A DNA stretch of 63,516 nucleotides, counting the filler, from Olpidium bornovanus S191 (taxonomy: Eukaryota; Fungi; Olpidiomycota): the NCBI GenBank assembly GCA_017911155.1. It is 25 parts of 25 records of this genome, joined end to end, with 100 filler letters (N's around TTAATTAATTAA, not from the genome) between each part and the next. Parts side by side here need not be neighbours in the genome. Positions count along the whole stretch, not along the records: positions 1 to 3,378 come from JAEFCI010013227.1; positions 3,479 to 5,569 come from JAEFCI010006544.1; positions 5,670 to 10,088 come from JAEFCI010002304.1; positions 10,189 to 14,780 come from JAEFCI010007718.1; 21 more parts are not named here. The stretch is one strand, 5' to 3'. The notes beneath the pieces were generated by a model. The model worked only from the letters and a program-made list of their open reading frames with translations, had not been told where the DNA came from and made no database searches. Position 1 is the first letter of the stretch. Every line of letters starts with the position of its first letter. Position numbers and translations under genes: made by a program. Below are positions 1 to 12,496 of this stretch, piece after piece.

Positions 1-7
1 ACCCCAG

Positions 8-39
<32 letters not shown>

Positions 40-314
40 AAAAAAGAAAAAAACAATAATCCACTTGCAAGAGAAGCTTTTTTTTTGTTTTTTGTTTTTT
101 TCCTGGCTGGTGGGGCTGCTTTGCCTGTGCTCGGGTGTGGGGCGAAAAGGCGCGCGCGCGGGGAAAAAAAGGAGAGGGAGGGGGAAAAAGGAGAGAAAGA
201 AACCCTTTTTTTTTTTTTTTTGTGTTTTCCCGCCGGGGAAAATTCACACGCACTCTCAATAAGAAACGAGAGAAACCCGACGACGACGCGAACAACGCCA
301 AAGAACTCTCTCAC

Positions 315-2880
<2,566 letters not shown>

Positions 2881-3194
2881 AACGACGGAAACGAACTTTT
2901 CGCATCGTTTTTTTTCTTTTTGATTTTGAGTTCTCGGTTTTTGCATTCCCGTTTTTTTTCTCATATTGACCAAAAAGAAGCATCATCAAGGAATCCTAAG
3001 ATCCGGTTTTCTAAACGGGGATTTCGCTCACCCAAAAAGTTTATTACGGCGTTTATGTAGCCCCCTTTGGATTTTTGTCGTTTGCGGGCATTTTAGGCTG
3101 GTGCGAAACAGAATTTTTTCTTTCCATACGCAGAGCGGTGTGGCATTTGATTCTGAGTACTTTTTGGTGGACATTTTCTGCACCCACACGTGGC

Positions 3195-3226
<32 letters not shown>

Positions 3227-3378
3227 CTGTTCTGGTTTCAGAACCACCCCAACCTCTTCGCCCGTGTTCTTGCCGCCGACCGCTTGCTTTTTGAGGCAAA
3301 AAAAAAGAAAAAAAGAATTGCGCCCGAGTGGCACACTCTTTCTTTACGGAGGTACAGCTCTCAGATACGTGGAACATG

Positions 3379-3478
3379 NNNNNNNNNNNNNNNNNNNNNN
3401 NNNNNNNNNNNNNNNNNNNNNNTTAATTAATTAANNNNNNNNNNNNNNNNNNNNNNNNNNNNNNNNNNNNNNNNNNNN
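3379..3478. other. Artificial contig spacer (N44-TTAATTAATTAA-N44); first of 24 identical spacers
   Basis: 100-bp N block with a central six-frame-stop linker. Recurs at 5570, 10089, 14781, 16523, 19042, 21094, 25322, 27201, 28726, 29935, 31161, 32341, 36335, 39561, 40824, 42893, 44795, 46628, 50876, 53748, 55086, 58859 and 61453. Confidence 0.99.
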
Positions 3479-4448
3479 ACATGGACGATATTCTTCTGAC
3501 GGGGCCTGACGCCAAAGTCATCAAGAAATTCGAGGAATTGCTCGCTCAAATATTCCAAATGTCTAAGGGCGGGGACCTCTCCTTCATACTCGGTGTCAGA
3601 ATAACTACGAGCAACGGGAGACGCGTCCTGGACCAGGAACACTTTGTCAAGGCCTACCTCGAAAAGTTCGATATGCAGAACGCGAAACCCGTCGCAACCC
3701 CCTTAAAAGCGGGGGCCCTCGAGGCATTGACCATGACCATGGCCGGCGACAAGGAGAAGGACAGAGAAGGAGGCACCGAACGGTACCAAGAAGACATCGG
3801 GTCGCTCATGTGATTGGCCACCATGACCAGACCCGACCTGGCATTCGCCGTGTCTTTCCTGTCCCGATTCGTTGCATCCCCAAGCCCTAAACACTGGGGA
3901 GCAGTCAAGAGAGCGCTGTGCTACCTCGCGGGGACTCCACGCTACGGGATACACTTCATGGAGGGAGAGTCAGAATTGATCGTGTTCAGCGACGCGGATT
4001 GGGCTGGGTGTCGCATGACACGAGCGACAACAACCAGTTTAATCGCACTTTACGGCAATGGGCCCGTATCATGGAGGTCGGCGCGTCAGAAATGCGTCGT
4101 AACGTCTACCTCTGAGGCAGAATTCGTCGCGGGTTCAGCAGCGGCACAGGAAACTGTCTGGCTGAGGTCTATAATCCACAGAGTCTCCTTGACGGCCAAC
4201 AAACCAACGCCACTCATGATAGACAATACGGGAGCCTCAGAACTTGCTGCGGACAACAAGACTTCACGGAGGTCAAAACACATAGATATCAAATATCACC
4301 ACCTGAGATGGTGCGCAGCAGACGTGAAATCCAAATCCAGAGGGTCGAAGCCGTAGAAAATCCAGCGGACATGTTCACGAAGCCTTTGGATAAGGTCAAG
4401 TTTGCCAAGTTTCGGGAAATGGTTGGGATAGGCCCGTGCAACGACTAA
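3479..4448 (+). mobile_element. Ty1/copia pol fragment (RT-RNase H), decayed
   Basis: YMDD motif at contig start, TRPDLAFAVS, FSDADWAG, SWRSARQKCVVTSTSEAE, SKHIDIKYH, NPADMFTKPL. In-frame TGA at 3811-3813 and a frameshift near 4330. Confidence 0.93.
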
Positions 4449-4527
4449 CCGTCCAAGATTTACAACAAGAAAGGCAAATGTAGACAAGACAGAGGAAAAT
4501 TAGGTGACCATGTGATATAAATTTCCT

Positions 4528-4668
4528 AGGAGAGGTGGGGTGTTGAAACAAAGGGGGGCGGTCCCCGCGTGGCTCCTGCGGAAATCCCCGTTCACCCCTT
4601 TCCCCCCTCTCGTAAACTCGCAACGCCTTTAAGGTACGAATAAGCCTGTATTCCGTAGAGATTCAACA
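4528..4668 (+). mobile_element. Polypurine tract plus 128-bp 3' LTR of the copia element
   Basis: AGGAGAGGTGGGG (4528-4540) is followed directly by TGTTGAA (4541) ... TTCAACA (4662-4668), a perfect 7-bp terminal inverted repeat. Confidence 0.85.
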
Positions 4669-5669
4669 ACTCGGTGAACAGCTCAAAACGGAAAGCTCCT
4701 GCCCGTCTTCCCGTCCCGACCTCGTTCGGCCACTGCCATGCTCTGTGGAAGTAAAAGTCCTTCAATATCATCGCCCCCCCCCCCACCTCCCCCCCGCTCC
4801 CCAAGCGGCGCGCTCCCAGGTGAATTCGTGCTTCACCCTCGCCAATCCACAACAAACCTGCATTCCGTTTCCCTCGATCCCGAGAACGGAAACGACGCCA
4901 TGGTGTCTCACCATTGCTAAATGCTGCCTGGATAGCACGGCCGTCAAACTTGCATCCCCTGCCAATCTGCTCGCGTTCCTGGCAGTCCCAGTCAGGTTGA
5001 TAAGCACAAATGCCCGGTGCTCTCCCGCCATCCTATACGGTTCACGGCTTTGTTCAAATGCGGTGCTGTTAAACTGCATCCAAATAAATTTTTATTGTTA
5101 TTGGGGATTTTGCATCTGATTGGCTGAGCAGCCGTGGCTGACCCATTGAAATGTCAAATGTTGGCGCTAACGCTTTTTCCCAGGTGCTCGTCGGAGCGAA
5201 AAGCGGAACAGTGCGCCCTGGGCGATGAGCACCACGAGGATCGCGGAAGCCTCTCAGCGGATGTGGCGGCAAAAGGAGTCTGCGCTCTGCTGTGCAAAAC
5301 AGTTGCAGTAGTCCAAATGAGCACATAGTGACAGGCCATGTGACGGAGTGGCGTTGTGGGTGGCGTCGGTTACCGCGCGCGACCCGGTTCCAGCTTGGAG
5401 GTGTGCACCCCCTTCCCACTCCTACCAGAAGGAGCTGCAAAGAGGCCTCATGACTTCCGGTTGATATCCCGGCCGGCGGTACTCCCCGCGAGTTTCCGAG
5501 CATTTTGCAGAACTGCAGAAGAAAGGAAAAACGCAGGGAGAAAAAATAATCAAGCTGCCACTTCTCAGANNNNNNNNNNNNNNNNNNNNNNNNNNNNNNN
5601 NNNNNNNNNNNNNTTAATTAATTAANNNNNNNNNNNNNNNNNNNNNNNNNNNNNNNNNNNNNNNNNNNN

Positions 5670-5790
5670 AACGGAGACGCCGGTAACAACGGAGACGCCG
5701 GTAACAACGGAGACGCCGGTAACAACGGAGACGCCGGTAACAACGGAGACGCCGGTAACAACGGAGACGCCGGTAACAACGGAGACGCCG
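5670..5790 (+). repeat. 18-bp coding tandem repeat AACGGAGACGCCGGTAAC, 6 full copies plus a partial
   Basis: Read directly from the sequence; truncated by the contig start. Confidence 0.95.
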
Positions 5791-6536
5791 TCGCTAACAA
5801 GACTGAAGTTTTGGCTTTGATCGACACTATCCAGGCCGACTTGGATTCTCTTAAGCAGCTTGTCAGTGGTGGTGATGCCAATGCCAATGCCAGCACCGCG
5901 GCCGAGAACGGTGACGCCAATGAGGCCGAGAACGGTGATGCCAATGCCGAGGATACCGACATTATAGTCACCGGCAACAGTGGCAACAGTGGCAATGGGA
6001 ACGGCAAAGACAACGCAGACGCCGGTGACCCCGCCGACGCTGAGAGAGCCCCCGCCGAAGCCGGTGGCAACAACGGCGGCAACGGTGGCAACAACGGCGG
6101 CAACGGTGGCAACAACGGCGGCAACGGTGGCAACAACGGCGGCAACGGTGGTGCGCCTTCCGCCGTTACTCCCGGCCAGACCTTCGGAAACGTTGCCGAC
6201 AGCCCTATCGACCTCGGCGAGTGCCAGGAACCGCCGGCCATCGAGTTTGCCCCTGGCCTCGCCGGCCGCCCCGCCACCGAGTTCACCTTCCGTCCGGCCA
6301 ACGAAAACACCTTCAAGGGCCAGTCTGTCGCGCTCAACCCCGGGATTATCATTAACTTCCTCTGCGACCGGCTGAACGACGTGTGCAAAGCGCCTGATGC
6401 CGTCGCCGCTTGCAGGACCGCCCAGCAGCAACAGCAGGCTTCGGGCGACCGCTCCGGAAAGGTTGCTGACGATTTCAACGCGCTCTTCGGCGTGCAGAGC
6501 AACTTCGCCTCGATCGGGCCCAACGCGGCCAAATAA
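5670..6536 (+). CDS. 5'-truncated Gly/Asn-rich protein with a Cys-containing C-terminal domain; likely secreted or cell-wall, uncharacterised fungal family
   Basis: Open frame from the contig start with (NGDAGN)n and (GGNNGGN)n repeats. The C-terminal domain (IEFAPGLAGRPATEFTFRP...ALNPGIIINFLCDRL...C...AAC...ADDFNALFG) has 4 Cys and resembles a widespread fungal hypothetical-protein domain, recalled rather than searched. Confidence 0.7.
   Translation, partial: NGDAGNNGDAGNNGDAGNNGDAGNNGDAGNNGDAGNNGDAVANKTEVLALIDTIQADLDSLKQLVSGGDANANASTAAENGDANEAENGDANAEDTDIIVTGNSGNSGNGNGKDNADAGDPADAERAPAEAGGNNGGNGGNNGGNGGNNGGNGGNNGGNGGAPSAVTPGQTFGNVADSPIDLGECQEPPAIEFAPGLAGRPATEFTFRPANENTFKGQSVALNPGIIINFLCDRLNDVCKAPDAVAACRTAQQQQQASGDRSGKVADDFNALFGVQSNFASIGPNAAK
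6063..6150 (+). repeat. 21-bp coding tandem repeat GGTGGCAACAACGGCGGCAAC, about 4 copies
   Basis: Read directly from the sequence; encodes GGNNGGN. Confidence 0.95.
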
Positions 6537-6589
6537 GCGCAACCACGACGACATTGCGTAGTTTCCTGCGGCAGTGGATAGGGTAGACA

Positions 6590-6703
6590 TTTCAGTTGAG
6601 ACTCAATCTCTATTATGCAGTATCGTTATTTTATCGCAATCGAAATTTTCAGTTGAGACTCAATCTCTATTATGCAGTATCGTTATTTTATCGCAATCAA
6701 AAT
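6590..6703. repeat. 57-bp tandem duplication downstream of the stop codon
   Basis: TTTCAGTTGAGACTCAATCTCTATTATGCAG... occurs twice with period 57. Confidence 0.9.
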
Positions 6704-7011
6704 TTTTTTAGCAACTTTTGGAGGGCTGCGTCTTTCTCTTGTTTATAACAAAATCTCGGAGTGCCTTCTTGGTGGTAACAATAAAGATGAAACTCGCCGC
6801 GGAAGTCGTGGGGTTTTTATTCTATTTTATTTCATTTCCCGCATTTGGTGTTTGCGTGTGCTTGGCAGAGTTCGAAAGAAACGTCGTGTGACGCGCGGTT
6901 CCCGGCGGAAGAGCGCGAGGCAGTCCGCCGCCCGCCGCGTGCGTGGTCAGCCCTTCTCCCACACCGCCGCCATTGAAAAAAAGACCCCCACCAAAAGACT
7001 TTTCTTTACGG

Positions 7012-8871
7012 ATGGCTAGCGCTCGTGCGGCTGCTGCCGACCACGGCGCAGTCGGCGCGCCGCGCGCGGGACTGCCTGAACACGACCACCCGGGCTGCCG
7101 TGTTCCGCGCGAGCAGCCGCCGGGGCGGACGATCTTGCTGCCGCCCGGCGTCCTGCCGACCCCGGACCCCCCGTTTTTTGTGGAGCTGCTCCCCAAGGTC
7201 AGGCTGTTGAGCGTGCTTGTTGGCGGCGCCGGGGAGGCGGATGGTGCGGGAGACGCCGGAGGCTCGCCGCGAGACGCGGGTCTGGCTGCTATGGTGTCGG
7301 ACCTGTCGGTGTCGTGCCAGCGCCGCGGACGGCGAGACCAGCGCATGGGAAAGTACGTCGTCTCCGTCGCCGGCGGCGCGCGCGAGTTGGTCATCCGGCC
7401 CTCCTCCGCGCCGCGGGACGGCGCTGAGGACGACGAGCCTGCGGAAGGGGACGTCGAGTCCTCGTCTGTCGCGGTCGTACCACTGCCGGTGGACGTGGAC
7501 CCAGTGTCGGCTGTGCTCTCAAGGCTGGACGAAGGCGTGGAACTCAAGTACCGCGTCACGCCAGCGTCTTCCACCGCGGGACAGGAAGTGCCGGCCGTGC
7601 CGCTTCCTGCCGCCGCTTTGCAGGGCATGTGCCAGATGCGCTGCCGAGGTTGTGGGGCGCCCCTCCTGAACTTCGGGACAGACGAGGATACCGTCGAGCG
7701 AAAGGGCTTTAAGCGCGTGGTCGACTTGCCCTCCAGGCACTGGCTGGAACTGGCAGACTGCTGGGTGTGCCACCAAGAGGACTACCCTCAGTTCCGCGTG
7801 GGCGCGATCGACGCCCGACCTGGAGTCGCGCTCTGTAGTTCCACGTTTGTCATGGTCCACGGCGCCGACGTTGACCGCAGCGCTCTGAACGCCGAGACGT
7901 GGTCAGACCAGCAGGTGGGATTTGGTTTTGTTCTGATTGAATCTCAACTTCGCCCGCCGGTCAATTTCCCACTTGACAAACGAACCGTTCACCGGCCTCG
8001 GACGGGAAAATATGCGGACATTGCCAACCGTTGAAACGCTGGACTCTGCGTCTGAAGGCGCAGATTTTCTGCCGGGCCGATCGTTCGTAATTTGGATGCC
8101 TGCTGATTTCTTATCTTTATTTGACCTCTCCGCTATTCTCCTTTTCACCCCATCGTTTTGAATGACGGCGCTGTTGGTGTGGCAAGTTGGACAGCCGTCC
8201 TCTGCTCCGCTGCGCCGGATGCCACGTTCGGCTGGGGAACAGTATTGAGACGGCAGGGGGCGACGTTGCTCTCCAGTTTGATAAACACCGCGTGCTCTTT
8301 GAAATTCGCCGCGGCGTCAAACGGGAGCGAGAGTAAGTGGCGCGGGCACACATGTCGAGGGAAAGTGGGGGTGAATATCGCTCCGGCGATGCTCGCATGT
8401 CCAGTTTCACTGACAATGGGGCCGCCGAATGTGCCTTGTTCCTTTTGCAGGACAGTGATCCCGCCGCCCGTTTCGACGTTCTTGGTCGCCGACATGCTCG
8501 AGACCGCTAGAGCCCACGCGACGTACCGGTTTGCGGTGTGCCCGCGCGGCAGGCAGTCCAGTCACCCGCGGCTCCTGGTAAGTTGCCCTATCCTGCTTCG
8601 TTTCTACCTGCCGCCTTCGTCTACGTGAAGGTGCTTCTTTCTCCAGGTTAGGGTCGCTTAAACCTAATTTGTGTTTCTTGGGCCTCACAAGGTTTGGCTT
8701 TTTAGCTGGGACAGTCAGATCTGTGCCAACGGCTGGACCTCGGTGCGGGAGCTTGAGAAGTCATCGAGAGAAAGCTGCAAGCACTTCGTGAGCGGTTACG
8801 GCAAGTCTGTTGATGGTTGGTGTGGGACGAATGGTTGTGGTGAAATGGACCAGCTGGTGAGGCATGTTTAA
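7012..8871 (+). CDS. IPA1: HECT-like E2-binding protein (UBE3D/Ipa1 family), multi-exon; 3' end uncertain and may extend past 9300
   Basis: CRGCGAPL...FKRVVDLPSRHWLELADCWVCHQE signature in exon 1 (7012-7914). Later exons give MLETARAHATYRF and VWLFSWD. Confidence 0.85.
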
Positions 8872-10188
8872 CATTTCGTGTTATTGTGTATTGGCTCGCT
8901 CTCATCTGCACTTGCGCAGTCGTCAAGCTTCTTTACATGGACTGCGGAGATAAGGTTGACGAGCAAAGTCAGAGGTGTGACCCCTGCTTCCCTCCCACCC
9001 CACCGATGCCGAGCAGAAAGGAGGCGGACGGCGTGGGGCGTTTTCTTCGCTGTCTTCGTTAATCCCTGAGCAGCGTATTCCTCTAACGACACCGTCAACC
9101 ACAATCGGACCATTCGGGGCAGGCTTCTGTCATCGTGGCTGGGTACAACGCGGAGTTCCAACCAGGTCGAGTGGTTGTCGTACGACAATGACGAATGTGA
9201 CGAGATCCTGGCAGCACTCCGCCGGAGCACGCTTTGCTTGCCGCTGTCGCGGCGGGCGGGGATCGGAGGATTCACAATCGGGTTCCTACGCCGGTAGCTG
9301 TAGGAGAGAGTGCCGTTACAAGAAACGGCGTGGCCCCCTCACCCCCGGAGACCACATGCTGCGTACGGCGAATTCTAGAAAGCAAGGTATCCATCTTGCA
9401 CCTGCATTACATTGTCGACTTCTGCATCTTTGTAATAAATCATTTCAATCTTGCAAGTTTGACCCCGTGGCGTATGCACGCTATCATCTCACCCACGTCT
9501 CACAGACACTTTGTGCTGCATTGGTGCATGTGGCAGGCGGACTTGTCATCTCCAGCGCCGGCCCAAAGTGTATGACTCCCCACCCTTGCCTGTCGACCAA
9601 GATCGTACTGTCAATTACATGGGAACTTGACGCGTGGTCTGGAGTCGTCCTTCTTGGCAAACAAAGAACAACTTGCGCGTTCGGCAGGACGTATTCTTCC
9701 CCGGGCGAATTGAGGAGGACAAAGGCGGGAAGCGGAGAAAAAGGTGGGAGGGGGGGATGTTGGAATTTGAGCGCAAACACTTGAACATTCCAGCGCCACG
9801 TTATCGAGCAACTGATAGCTCGTCTGCCGGACATTGTCAGTGCGGCAGAAACCCAGTCTCCCATCTCGTGGAGGCGTCCACCCAAACCGCAACTCAAATG
9901 CCAACGCAAATCTCTACCGCGTTTTCGAGAACGTATATCCGGAGCAGTTTGCCGTGAATGGCCCCAGGGTGTCAGAGAAGATAATTCGCGTGATGTTCGA
10001 GATGATCGTCAATAAATGACGAAATGAAGTAGTAGCTGGTAGATCGCGAGGCCAAAAAAAAAATAAATTCACGTCGGTTTCCGGCATGNNNNNNNNNNNN
10101 NNNNNNNNNNNNNNNNNNNNNNNNNNNNNNNNTTAATTAATTAANNNNNNNNNNNNNNNNNNNNNNNNNNNNNNNNNNNNNNNNNNNN

Positions 10189-11007
10189 CATGACATATGC
10201 GCACGTCTTCGTTGATGATGGCGGCGCCTATGATGGCCGTTGTTGTCCTGGTGCGTGTCCTGCTCGGCGCCCTCTGTGTCATCGTGCGGATCGGGGTCGA
10301 GATGGGCGGACGAGGACAAGCGACACCGTATCACCGCACTATCATCTTTTCTTTGACGTCTACGCTCGAGAATTGATTCACTTTCAGTGTCGCGATCAGA
10401 ACCCACCGGACCCGGCGGGTTGGCGTCGCCAGTGACCCCTTTGCCTTTTTGGCGCTTCCCTGTCTGTTCAGACTGCAGTTTGGCCTTACTGCGTGAAGGG
10501 TAGTCACTAGCGGACGCCGAACCAGCTGTTTGTTGTAGGTGGCCGGATCTGGTGTCGTCCTTCTCGCTACTGCCGCCATCCTGGCGGGGGGTCGTCGACT
10601 TGCTAGCAGGAGGGTCGGACGCAGAGGTTAAAATCGGTTTCTTCTCGTAACATCCTTGGATTCCCACACGCTCTAGGGGTTCTAACACGTCAAGGGCGTT
10701 AGGATCAAGGGTGTCTGCGTCTGCCCGGCGTTGTCCGCTGGTCCTTTTGTTGTCTGAGGCTGTTTTCTCTGCAGCATTTCGTAGCTTTTCGATTTGCTCG
10801 TGAAGGCTTCCTACTTCTCGGGGAAGAGGGGCCTTGTTTCTTGTCGCCCCAGCCATGTGTCTCGGGTAACGGTTAGCGGCGCTGCGGCTCGGCGGTTTCG
10901 CGGCGGTGGACGCGCGGCGACGGCGTCGGTGGGCACGCGGCGACGGCGGCGGCGGGCGCGCAGCGACGGCGGCGGCGATGGCGGGCGCGCGGCGGCGGCG
11001 GCGGCGT

Positions 11008-11038
<31 letters not shown>

Positions 11039-11272
11039 GGCGGCGGCGGTGGCGGCCGCGGCAGCGTGGTGCGGCGGTGGGAGAGAGGGCAAAGCTACGG
11101 GCGCCTGGCAATGAAGAGAGCAAAGCTACGGAGGCAATGGTGCTGATAACGTGTTGCGAGAGTATTCTGCTTTCCGTCTTCCTTCTTCTCTCCTTTTTCT
11201 CTTGTTTGCGTTTGACGGCGGGAGGAAGAGCTCCAGGGGAAGCTCCCCTCCCGGTCTTGGCATCTTTGATCA
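10189..11272 (-). mobile_element. 5' end of an LTR retrotransposon: LTR (about 11152-11272), half-tRNA-Ile PBS (11138-11151), GCC-repeat leader, gag-position ORF from ATG 10856 to the contig end
   Basis: On the minus strand the LTR ends ...CGCAACA and is followed directly by CGTTATCAGCACCA. The LTR is shared with 27103-27200. The ORF is low-complexity with no recognisable domain. The distal LTR end is uncertain. Confidence 0.7.
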
Positions 11273-11365
11273 CGTGACCGTATAGCGCAATCTTTCGGTT
11301 CCCAATAACTGCACGCACCAAAAGCACAAGCCGCACCTCCAAACGCACCACTGCCGCGCCGACAC

Positions 11366-11539
11366 ATGCCACAAATGCCCGGCTTCAACGTGGACGACTT
11401 CGACCGCATCCTCGACCAGGTCCACTGGCTGTCGAGGCTGCTGGACAGGTACGACCTGGCCCGCCTGCGCAAACTCGCTTTGGTCTCTGACGTGCTCGAT
11501 CAGGGCTTTGCACAAACAAAACGAAAACGCGACTCGACG

Positions 11540-11578
<39 letters not shown>

Positions 11579-12496
11579 AGTTTCGGTTTCGGCAAAGGTC
11601 TCGACCCGCTGATTTCCCTCTTCCCCGGTATGCCAAAGGAGAGCAAGCAAGTCTGCCTCTCCACACGCCTATTTTTCAGGAAGGCCATATGTGCAAGGGG
11701 GAAATAAACGACATACTTGTCATGCCTTGCACAGTCGACTTTTTGTGAACCGAGAGACCCAACTCCTGAGCCCAACAACGCGTCGCTCTCTCAGGGGGAT
11801 TCGGAGATGCGTTGGCGGCGCTGGCGGGTTTGTACCAGGTTTACCTCAGCGCTCAACTTGGACTGCCGCTCACCAAGATCTTCCGCATGTTATTCAACGT
11901 GCTCGTTGACTTCCTTCTTGGGTAAGGGTTTTGCGACTTTTTTTTACGGGGGGATTGTGTGGCGAGCCACCGCATCGTTCGTGTTTCAACAACTTGTCGC
12001 GCCTTACAGCCTGATACCCGTGCTCGGAGATGTTCTCGACTTCCTCTACAAAGTGCGTCGGCTTGGTAAGTTTGTCGGACTCGAAGAAGGTTAACACCCC
12101 GTTGACATTTTAGAAAAAACACGATTCATCCACACACTCCCATAGGCAAACTGTAGGTTCCAGCGGCGTAATCTTGCCAAACCGAATCGCGGGCCTGCGT
12201 CTGTCGAATTTTGCGGGAAGGTGAATCGGAACTTCATTGTTTTTTCTCTCGTTTTTTCGCAAGTGCGCAACGCGCAAATTCTGGACGATTACGTCGAGCA
12301 AAAGAAGCGGGAGGGAAACTGGCCTCCGCGGCCAAAAGGTCGACGGCCGGAGTTCGGCGGCGAGCCGCGGTTCACCGAGCTGAACGAAGACGACGTCGGC
12401 GGAGGCGAGGAGCCCAATAGCTCGCGCCGAAATTCAGGGAGACGTCGAAATCAACGGACGCAGCCCGGAGAGCAGGGACATGGCGGCAGGGCATAA
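11366..12496 (+). CDS. DUF4112 family membrane protein, multi-exon
   Basis: Spliced exons give LSRLLDS-FGFGKGLDPLISLFP, FGDALAALAGLYQ, LPLTKIFRMLFNVLVDFLLG, LIPVLGDVLDFLYK and RNAQILDDY. Confidence 0.8.

Noticed and set aside
3423-3434. Regularly recurring TTAATTAATTAA palindrome and ORFs ending in X...LIN
   Set aside because: Artificial six-frame-stop linker inside N spacers; not a biological repeat or CRISPR array.
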